A stretch of 64,000 bases of DNA from Ginglymostoma cirratum (Eukaryota), in the NCBI GenBank assembly GCA_024137785.1, contig JAHRHZ010000013.1:45065674-45129673 (forward strand). The letters run 5' to 3'. Every line of letters begins with the position of its first letter. Position 1 is the first letter of the stretch. The notes below the pieces were generated by a model. The model had not been told where the DNA came from, did no database searches, and saw only the letters and a program-made list of their open reading frames with translations. The position numbers were made by a program, and so were the translations under genes. This document shows positions 53,771 through 64,000 of the stretch, piece after piece.

Positions 53771-56374
53771 TTCCAAGAGTTCCCACGTTCTTGCTTCATG
53801 GGACAAATGGAGTAAATACATTTCAAATTTGTTCATATTGCATGATGAAGAAGCATGAATCTGCCAGTAAAATAACACTTTTGCATTTAAATACAAGGTT
53901 GAATTATTAGTTCTTCTACCTCTCCCTGGCCCAACCGTGAAACAGTCAAACAGAATACCTAACCTTTTAAAGTAATGCAAAAAAAAAAGTAGGATCTAAA
54001 AGATGTATACAAAGTTTCCAGCATGAGAGCATGAGGAAAATTTCTAAAGATTTACTGTGGTTCTAACTCACCCAGTTTTATCCTGTGACCAGTAACTGTT
54101 GAGTAAGAATGGCCTTGTGGAAAGAAATACATAGACATACATGCATTGCATAATCTCAAGACTGCACTAAAAAACTGAAATTGCATGCTACCACTTGCCT
54201 TGCCTTAAAAGAAAACGCGTAAAGATAAGACAAAATATGTCAACGGAAAGATCAATTATGAGCACATATTTTAATTAACAATTTATAGAGCTCCACACCA
54301 CAGATTTGTCTTAGTGAACCTAACATTTTGTGCATGTGATTAAATTGGATTGCGACAAACCTGTTCTCTGAAAGAAATGCAGCCAGGCTTAATGTGAATC
54401 ACAAACAAGGCAAGAGATCAAGTATCTTTCTGACGACGCCACAGTTTAGCACATACTTTCACATTCTCCTGATTTCCTGTCCACATGACTAAAAAGATAG
54501 CTTTATGGTAGGTACACAAACTTGATATTTTACAGCCACTGCCAGATGGATCAAATCCAATTATGATGTAGACAGCGTACAAATACCTTGTAGCAACACC
54601 TACTTTTACTTGTTGATCCTTCACCTGCAACTCTGGAAACCAGTCTCTGGTGGAGATTTTAGGAACCAGAAAAAGAAAACAAATTCAATGAACCCATATA
54701 ATTAACTTTCTAGCAATTAACACTGAAAATCAATATGAAAAATGTATCAGAATCAAAATAGTCATACAATTCCACAAGTTGAAATCTAGAGGTATTTCTA
54801 TATATACAGTATTTCAGTACATCAGCATTTTAGATCTTCAGATTGCAAAAAGTATCAATATGGTTTTTGATAGGTAAATGACAGAGCCATTAAAAATCTA
54901 AAAGTGTGCTAGGCATGGAAATGGTAGAACAGGAGGTCTGTTAGAAGATAAATTAAGTAAAACAATTACAGGAGATCAGAATATGGCAGAGATTTTGAAC
55001 ACATTCATCATCTCTATATGTATTCAAGAGGAATATAGATGAATGAAATGGGTGAGACACATTAAATTTACTAAAATGTTGGGCAGTAAATGAAAGGACT
55101 AACTACCCGTAAGGCTTCTAGATATGACAGAACATATTATGGAATCATAACAAAACAAAAATGCTGAATTTAGTAATGCTTTGGCTGAGAGTTTGTACAG
55201 TTCCATCATTGGTTTGGAGAATTGGAGACAAACAAATACACAATAATTTTAAACTGAGTTCAATAAAACCCTGGAGAAAATGCTCAAAAACAAACAAACA
55301 TTCTAGAAATGCCAGAAATGAACATTTGCCAATGCACAGGTGTCAAATGACTTAGCTAATGCAGTACAAGAATAGGCCATACCTTAAAGAATCTACTAGA
55401 ATTCTTCGAAGTAATTAATTCAATAGTGAAATAGCTTAAATCAGAAAATGTGGGTTGTATAGTTATTACAGAATAGAAACGGGGCATTAGGTCCAACTGG
55501 TTTAGTTGACACACTACTATTTATACGCCATGAAAATCTCCTCCCAATTTAATTACATATTTCCACCCAGGTCTTGATCCATATATTTTCTCTGTTATGC
55601 GTCAAGCCTTCTCTTAAATGTATCTATACCACTTCAATCACTGTACATGCCAATTAGTTCCACATTCTCATATAAAAGAAATCTGCCTAGAATTATTTAT
55701 CTTTATGCCCCTTTGCTCTGGGCTCAACCACGAGTGGGAATAGTTTAACACCACACTTATTTTTAATCTCCTTCTTAATTTTGAAGATTTCGCCAGTTCT
55801 CCATAGTCTATTTTTCCAAGGTAAAATAGTCCTTATCAGCTCAAGCATTCACATAATTTAACAGCCTCGCAAACATTCTACACAGCTGCACCAATGCTTC
55901 AACATTCTGTTTGTAGAAAAGCTGTGAAAGAACTTTGTAGATTTTGTCTGAAGCAGAATACATAAAGCAGTCAATCTAAAGTTCTAGACAAACTTAACAT
56001 CAAATCTGATTTCCAAAGGTTTTCAGGCCCTTATGAAAGTAATAAGGAATATAATGTATAAACGAATTGATGACAAATCAACTTAGCAGAAGAAAACTGA
56101 GAGCAGTGAAACAGAAAAGTGTCACCTTTGGTTCAGCAGTAATACACTTGTTTGAGTCAGAAGATAATAGGTTCAAGTCCCATTCCAGAGATTTGGCATG
56201 TAATCTAGGCTGGCATTTTAAATGAATGTTGAGGAAATGCTACAAGCACAAAGGTGCCACCTTTCGAAAAGACATTAAACCTCGGCTCAGTTAACCTTCT
56301 CAAGTGTACTTAAAATATCCCACAGTACTATTTGAAAGGGGGTCAACACATTAACAGATGACTTGATTGTTTAA

Positions 56375-56470
56375 CAAGGCGTGGGGCTGGATGAACACAG
56401 CAGGCCAAGCAGCACCATAGGAGCAGGAAAACTTGACGTTTCGGGCCTAGACCCTGCAGTACCTTTTATC
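56375..56470 (-). mobile_element. ~96-nt family-A PLE mini-insertion with a 14-bp target-site duplication
   Basis: Flanked by acttgattgtttaa at 56361-56374 and 56471-56484. Confidence 0.8.
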
Positions 56471-57289
56471 ACTTGATTGTTTAATTGGTTTTTGTGGGAG
56501 CTAGCTGTGCACAGATTGGCTACTATTTTGGTCTGTGACAAAATGAAAATGTTCCTGCACCTGGGCTAAAAATTCCAGATTCAAGTCCTATACCAGGGCT
56601 TGTGGACCCGAATGTCTTTGACACAGTTAAAGACACTGATAGCTAGCCTGGGAATCCTTCTACATCCTCTCACCATTGTACAAAGGACAAAAAAAATGCG
56701 AAGATATACCAAAAATAATGACAACAACAACTACGCATCAAAAACAAACTACCTGACAGGATGCAAAGTCCTTTGGGTTTTCCTGAGGTGCTATTTTCCC
56801 AGAGTCCAGTTATTTTGCTTTTTTCCCTTTTTGAGTAGGTATCTAGCTCTTTGTAGATATTTAATTTTGATTTTGTTTTTATTTTAAGGTTAGCATTCCA
56901 GATCATCACATCTCACTGCACAAAAACCCTCATCCTTCCTGTGATTGGAGAAATAGTCATCTTAAATTTGCATCTCTCCCAAGACAAAAGTATATTCTGA
57001 ACAGATTCTGAATTCGCCCTCTCAAAACCTTCATGGTTTCAAACATCTCCATTAAATGTCATCGTAGCAGTCTCTGCTCTAAAGGAGAACAGAGGCAACT
57101 TCGCTAGCCCACCAACATACCCGAAATCTCACAGCCTTGGTGCCATTCTGTTAAGTTTGCTCTGCACTCTCTCCAAAGGACTTGATATCTTTCCTAAAGT
57201 TTGATGCCCATTGTTGGTCATAATATCCAACTGATGCCTCTCTTTACAAAGTCTAGGATCCCCCATGCTTTATAATACCCTTTGAAGCC

Positions 57290-59180
57290 TCAATAGTTTC
57301 CTGGGATGATAAAGTTGTTCCACTAGGAGAGATTGAGTTGAATAGGTCTTTGCTCACTGGGGTTAAGAAGAATGAGAAGTAATCGCGTTGATACATATAA
57401 AATTCTTAGAGAGTTTTACAGGGTAGCAGCTGAAAGCCTCTTTCATATAGAAAAGGTTTAGAACTGGGTGGTGGTCAGAGATTCAGGATAAGGGGTCGCC
57501 ATTTAGGACTGAAATGAGGAGAAATTTCTTCATGCTGATGGTTTGGAATCTTTGGAATTCATTGCTCAGAGAGTAATGGCACTCATTCCATGAATACATT
57601 TGAGACAGAGTTCACTAGATGTTGGACACTACAGGAATAATGGCATGTGGAGTTGACATAGAAGTTAGCAATGATCCGACTGAATGGTAAAACACGTTCA
57701 ACAGTCCCTATGGCTTTCAATTACTTCTTAAATAAAAACTGAAAGAACTGTGGATGCTGTAAATCATAAACAAAAACAAAAACAGTTATGAGGAAGGGTC
57801 ACTTAACCTGAACCGCTAACTCGGATTTCTCTCCACTGACGCTGTGAGACCTGCTGAGTTTTTCCATCAATTTCTTTTTTACGTTCTGGATTGGTTCGGC
57901 CAATAATTCCAAGGTGTGAACCATAAGGTTAGTTCTTGCAACACACTTTAAATTGTACCAAATTAATTTGTATGGTGTCCCCTCATCATTCCTTCTAAAA
58001 TGCATCAGCTCACACACTACTCTATATTACATTTCTTCTTTTAAATTGGACAAAAATACAAGTATAAGAGACTCATTGTTGATTACATGAAAACATCTAT
58101 TCTGTAAATTAAATACTGGGATATATTCAAAGAAGGAGACCAAAGGAAGGAAAGTGAAAGAAAGAAAAAATGCTTGAGGGAAGGAGTATATGAGAGTGTG
58201 GGCACAACGATGAGTGGGACAAAAAGTGGGCCACAAAAAAACCCAAATTAAAACAGAGTGAAGTAACACAGAATATAGAACACAAAAACAGGCTGTTCAG
58301 CTCAACTGGATTATGAAAACTTTTGTGCTCCACATAAGCCTCCTCTAAACAATATTTTATCTCATCTTATAACTATAATGGACTCTACCAACAAAAATAG
58401 CTTGCTGCAGCAACTCAGCAGTGTCTCTCTCTCTCTCTCTCTATAAATGCGTTCAGACCTGCGGAGTTTCTCTCATAATTTCTGCTTTTGTTTCAGATTT
58501 CTGGCATCTGCAATTCTTCATTTTATTTTGTGGTCTATTCCAAGCTTCTTCTATTTATCGAGTTTCTCCTTAAATGCATCTTAAGTGCATGTAGCAGCCA
58601 GATCTACATACTTGCCACTTTTGGGTAAAGAAGTTTCTTCTGAATTGATATTATTAATAACCATCTTATATTCATATCCCCAGTTTTGATCTCCCCTAGG
58701 TGTAGTTCAGAGAAGGTTTACTAGAATGCTCCACAGAATGGACGGATTATTTTGTGAGCAAAGATTTGGAATCTACTCATTGCAGTTTAGAAGAATGAGA
58801 GGTGATCTCATTGAAACATACAAGATTCTTGAGGGGGTTAAATGCTGAGAAAATGTTTACCCTCATGGAAGGGTCTAGGACCACAGGGCACAGTCTCTGC
58901 ATAAAGGGGCACCAAATTAAGTCTGAGAGAAAGATGAATTTCTCCTCTCAGAGGTCGAGAGCCTTTGGTACTCCTTGCCACAAAGAGTTGTGGGGCACAG
59001 TCTTTGTGTGTACTTAAAGCTAAGACAGATAGATTCTTAATCAGTGGGGGAAATCAAGGGCTATGGGGAAAGGGCTGGGAAGTGAACGTGAGGAATGTTG
59101 GGTCAGCCATGTTCCTACTGAGTGCTGGAGCAGGCTCAATGAACCAAACAGCCTACTCCTATTCCTATTTATGGTCTAAT
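57290..59180. mobile_element. CR1 3' fragments interspersed with family-B PLE termini (57735-57890, 58390-58530)
   Basis: LRRMRSNRVDTYKILR and FRRMRGDLIETYKILEG; atgaggaagggtcacttaacctgaacc. Confidence 0.7.
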
Positions 59181-59929
59181 AATATTAAATCATTTCTCTA
59201 TATCTACCTTAGTTAAACCCTCCATATTGCTGAAGGCACCCATCATGTCACTCCTAACCTTCTTTTAGAAAACAAAGTCCCATCCCATTTTATCCTTGCC
59301 TGTTAAGTATAATTACTCATCCTCAGGAATCATTTTTTGCACCTCTGCCAGTGCCTCTATATTTCTTTTATAGCATAGTAACCAGAGCCGAGCACCAGGT
59401 TGCTCCAAGCAGTTACATATATTTTACCAGAAATAACTGAAGGTGGGATTAGCTTCTACAACTCTGCTATTCCTATATGGCGTGTTTCAAAATGTCTAAG
59501 CAATCTCTATACGGAAAACTGAATGTTTTAGTAACATACAAAATCTGCCAGAAAGCAGCTGACTTACCAATTTCCATGATAGGTACAAAAGCTTATACTA
59601 AGTTTCTCTGGACTTAAGAGGATTTTCATTCAGGGTACATTCGGGTTGGCAGGGAACCATCCACACTACTCAATGCTGGAGATAATCAGTTAAGGTACTA
59701 GCTTCGTATATTAACTCATACACCGACATGAACATAGGTGGCAGGTTCGGGATCTTTCACAGCACGCAGCTTTATTACAACTAATGAGAAGCAGAAATCA
59801 TACGTTGGTGATATTTGAACAAAATAAGGAAGCATAAGGCAGCGTGTCTTTCTGGCAATATCTTAACCAAGAGGATATGATTTGGTTTGATATTTTACTG
59901 TGATGTTTGTTTAGAATTAGTTGTCTTAG

Positions 59930-60218
59930 TCAGTGGTTAGCACTGTTGCCTCGCAGTGCCAGGGACCTGGGTTTGATTCCAGCCTCTGGCGACTGTCTGA
60001 ACAGAGTTTGCACATTGTCCCTGTGCGTTTACATGGGTTTCCTCCCACAGTCCAAAGATGTGCATGGTAGGTAGATTGGCTATGCTAAACTGCCCAGTGT
60101 CTAGGGCGGGAAATGCAGGAATAGGGTAGGGGGTGGGTCTGGGTGGGATGCTCTTCGGATGGTCGGTGTGGACTCAATGGGCTGAATGGCCTGCTTCCAC
60201 ACTGTAAGGATTCTATGA
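59930..60218 (+). mobile_element. HE1-like SINE
   Basis: cagtggttagcactgttgcctcgcagtgccagggacctgggtttgattcc...cccacagtccaaagatg...gattctatga. Confidence 0.85.
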
Positions 60219-60729
60219 CATGTCATTATAAGCAACTGATAGCACAAGTTGGATTTTGTTTTACCAGATATGGATATAAACACAACTTGAGCCTAAACAT
60301 TTACTGATGTTAGCTCAAAATTATAGAACACAAAAAATTAACTATATGATGAGTCCAATTTCAATTTACCACTCCACCATGTTTTCAATGAAGAATTGAA
60401 AACTGTGCATTCCCCTTCAATGGTCCTTTGGCAGCAAAGGGATTGTAAACTCAAGTGCTCACTTAGTGATCGGAGCTTCTCTGGCAAACAAAACCTCTGT
60501 TCTAACTGCACTGATAGCTTGACTGCTACATTTGCATGTGTCCAGAGCGATGCCTTTCCATACCAAGTAAGTTTGCAACGAAAATTTGATTGCTGATTGT
60601 TTTGTAAATACAGGCATAAAATATGGGTCTAGCAATAAAAATCATGAAAATAACATGTGCAGCATTTATAAGTCAGTACTTGGTTTCACACCCACAGATT
60701 CATGGAGCATTTAAACTAAAATAGATATG

Positions 60730-60950
60730 CTGAAACAAAAACAGAAATTGCCTGAGAAACTCAGCAGATCTGGCAGCATCTGTGCTGAGAAAACAGAGCT
60801 GACCTTTGAATCTGGTGACTCTTAGATCAAAAACGACTGGAAACGTTAACTGCTTTGTCCCCATAGAAACTGACAGACTTGCTGTGCTTCTCCAGTAATT
60901 TCTGTTTTTGTTTTGGATCTCCAAGCATCCAAACTTCTTTGTTTTATTTT
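60730..60950. mobile_element. Inverted pair of family-B PLE termini
   Basis: aaacaaaaacagaaattgc...(minus) and gaaacgttaactg...aatttctgtttttgtttt (plus). Confidence 0.7.
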
Positions 60951-61139
60951 AGATATTCTGGAAGATGGTTTGTTTTAAAAATGCAGAAACAATCAACAGT
61001 TAATATTACATTTAAAGGGAGAGTTTTAGGCAATGATAATGACCCATAAATTATTAAGTAATCATAAAATGCAAAAGCGTAGAAGAGTGATTGATGCAGA
61101 TGCACAAAAGACAATCTTTCCTCCATTATAAGATTAGAA

Positions 61140-62680
61140 ATGGCTGTGTTCACTGACCATTATACAATGTTTAGCAGCATCAATGATTTCTCAGATATTG
61201 AAGCAATGTACATCAGAATTGCCACCTCCAAGGGAGAATCTAGTCAGTTCCCCTTTATGTTCAATTGGATTACCAATGTTGAATCCCCAACTATTCACGT
61301 ACTGCACATTACCACTAACCAGAAATTGAACTGGGCGAGCTACGTGGGTTCAAGAGCAGGTCTTAGATGACAATTCCTGTGGTGAATAACACCTTCTGCC
61401 TGCCCAGTCTGTTCACCACCCAAAAAAAATCAACAGTGGGATGGAATACTCTCGAATGGGTGCATCTGTGAGGTTATGCGCTTTGTTAGGAAGGAGAGCG
61501 CTGTGGACTATATTCTAAACAGAGAAAGGCTTCAGAAATCTGAAACACAGTGATTTCGGAGGCCTAGTTCAGGATTCTCTGAAGATTAACACGCAGGTTC
61601 GGTTAGCAGTGACGAAGGCAAATTTAAGTTGAGCACTCAATTGAAGAGGGCTAGAATACAAGAGCAGAAAGGTATTGCTGAGGCTATAAAAGGTTCTGGT
61701 CAGACTGTATTTGGAATATTAGGAGTAGTTTTGGGCTACATATCTAAGGAAGGATATTCTGGCATTGGAGGGAGCCCAGAGGAGGTTTACAGGAATGATC
61801 TTGAGGACGAAGGGCTTGCCATATGAGGAGCGGTTGAGGATTCTGGGTCTGTGCTCAATGGAGTTTAGAAGGATGAGGGGATCTGATTGAAACTTACAGA
61901 ATATGGAGAGGCTTGGATAGAGTGGACATGGACATATTTCCACTAGTAAGAGAGACTAAAGCCCGAAGACACAGCATCAGTGTGAAGGGATGACCCTTGA
62001 GATCTGCAATGAGGAGGAATTACTTCAGCAAGAAGGTAGTGAACAGAAGGAACTCATTGTCACACAGGGCTGTGGAGGCAATGTCATACAGCGCATTTAA
62101 GACAGAGAGAGATAGGTTCTTGATTGGTAACAGGGTCAAGGGTTACAGGAAGAAGGCAGGAGAATGGGGTTGAGAAACATGAGCCATGATCAGATAGTGG
62201 AGTATACCTAAAGTGCCAAATGGTCTAATTCTGCTCCGCTATCTTATGTTTTTATGATCTCCAACAACACTCAATGCTTGACATCATCCGAGACAAGGCA
62301 GCCCACTTAACTGGCACCCCACCCACCACCTTCAACACTCACCCTCCTCATTACAATTGCAATAATTCAACAAGGCTTCTTCACCAGCACATTCTAAACC
62401 TATGCCTTCTACCACCAGGAAGGCCAAGGCCAGCGGATGCATGGCAACACCATCATCTGCAGATTGTCCTCCAGGCCACGTACTAAACTAACTTGGAACT
62501 AAACTGTCATCCTTTCACTGTCGTCCATTCAAAACCTAACAGTCCTGTGGTGTCCCTTTATTCCAAGGTCTGTGGCAGTTCAAGAAGGCAGCTCATCACC
62601 ACGTTCTCAAAGGCAGTTAGGGATGGGCAAATAAATGCTGGCCTAGCCAGCAAAGACCATATCCTCTGAATAAATAAGAA
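61140..62680 (+). mobile_element. LINE remnant with nested CR1 (61470-62255)
   Basis: VFTDHYTMFSSI RT remnant; CR1 FRRMRGSD..; host tail gggatgggcaaataaatgctggcctagccagc. Confidence 0.7.
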
Positions 62681-63050
62681 TTCTTCTCCCGAAACAGATT
62701 TGTTCACTGCTTATGTGATTGCTCCCAAAAATGTCTAATTACTGACACAATTTCAGTTGTTATCAAAGTTAACAGCTGAACAGCAAGCTGCCGCTGAATT
62801 TCTTCAAACCTTCTCTGCCATATCAAGCAAATACTCTCCATTGTACCAACTATCAAGCACTGCCAGGGCTTCTTTTTAACGATCACCTTTCCACAGCTTA
62901 CAGCTCCACTCCTTGGGACTTTTCCTAATTCCTCACTGCCTGAAGTATGCTTACAGCTGCAACTAGTCTCCCCGGAGCCACTACTTCTGCTACAGCACTC
63001 AGCCAGCTGCGAACTGAACTAACTGAGCCCAGCAAACAGGCAACTAGATA

Positions 63051-63154
63051 CAAAAACAAAGTTGCTGGAAAAGATCAGCAGGTCTGGCAGCATCTGTGAA
63101 GGAGAAAACAGAGTTAACGTTTTGGGTCCAGTGACCCTTCCTCAGAACGGGTGA
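63051..63154 (-). mobile_element. ~104-nt family-B hammerhead-bearing mini element with an 11-bp target-site duplication
   Basis: gcaactagata at 63040-63050 and 63155-63165; minus core CUGAGGA-agggucacuggaccc-AAAA-CGUU (63116-63145). Confidence 0.8.
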
Positions 63155-64000
63155 GCAACTAGATAAACTGAAGATAAAGGGCATCTCATTAAAATTCACC
63201 TATCTCCATGAAGACATTGTCTGCTCCGAGCTATTCTTAATCAGACTTTGAAGTATCTCTTATTTACAACTTATTTCTTGACTTCATGAAGGGGGTTTAT
63301 AGTCTTTCAGCATTTACAGAATGCTTCCAACTAGTTTAGCAATAAAAACAAACAAACAATCTTACAGGACTATCATTCTTGCAATGAGAGCAGATACCAA
63401 TTGTACAGTTCAGCTAGTCCATTTGCTGCTTCTGATCTTACTTTGTAAGCTGTTAACATCTTAAAAGCAAACGTCCACAACCTTTGAAGTATACCAGACT
63501 TCAAGGTGTTTATTCAATGTTCTACAGTTTAAATATTAATGCTCAAACTAAACATCATATACTAAAACACATGAGCAATGATACATCTAATAATATTTGA
63601 AGAAACTGAACTGAATTAGGTTTATTGTTGCATGAACTCACGAGTCATTAGAAGTTTACAAGTCGCTATTTACAGTGCCATCTTAGGTACAAAGGCACCA
63701 TCTTGGTACAAAGCAGCAAGATAAAGAAAGTGAAGTTAAAAAGTTAGAAATTACAGTCCTTCTTACTAAAAGTAGAAACACAAACAAACAGAGTTAACAG
63801 TTCAACATCATAGCCCATAAGCGCCTGACCACGCTCGGCTCACACTTCTCACAAGGTCTCGACCTCACCCCCGCCGGCCCCCTCGGGCTGCCTGCTCCCA
63901 TTCGCCCCGCNNNNNNNNNNTCGGGCTGCCTCCAACTCTGCAGCAGCTGTCTCCTCTCACCACCGGTTGCATGTTCCTGCTTTCATAGTCACTCGGGATG

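Overview
Eukaryotic, AT-rich, repeat-dense genomic DNA, almost certainly from a shark (HE1-type SINEs, abundant CR1 LINEs and Penelope-like elements; a carpet shark is my inference). The window holds the 5' half of a PTPN3 (PTPH1) gene on the minus strand. Thirteen GT-AG coding exons from the ATG at 43277 down to 3836 splice into one open frame of 1310 nt (~436 aa: FERM domain plus linker). The PDZ and phosphatase exons were not found and probably lie left of the window. Introns and upstream DNA contain CR1 and L2 LINE remnants, tRNA-derived SINEs and Penelope-like elements (PLEs). The most notable hidden signal is a dispersed set of about 12 minimal type I hammerhead-ribozyme motifs (CUGANGA-stem II-GAAAC-GUH) from two PLE-terminus families. 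These include two intact cores, an internally deleted ~640-nt retrozyme-like unit, and ~100-nt ribozyme-bearing insertions with target-site duplications. Most entries in the ORF track are spurious or TE-derived. Repeat boundaries are approximate and were read by eye.
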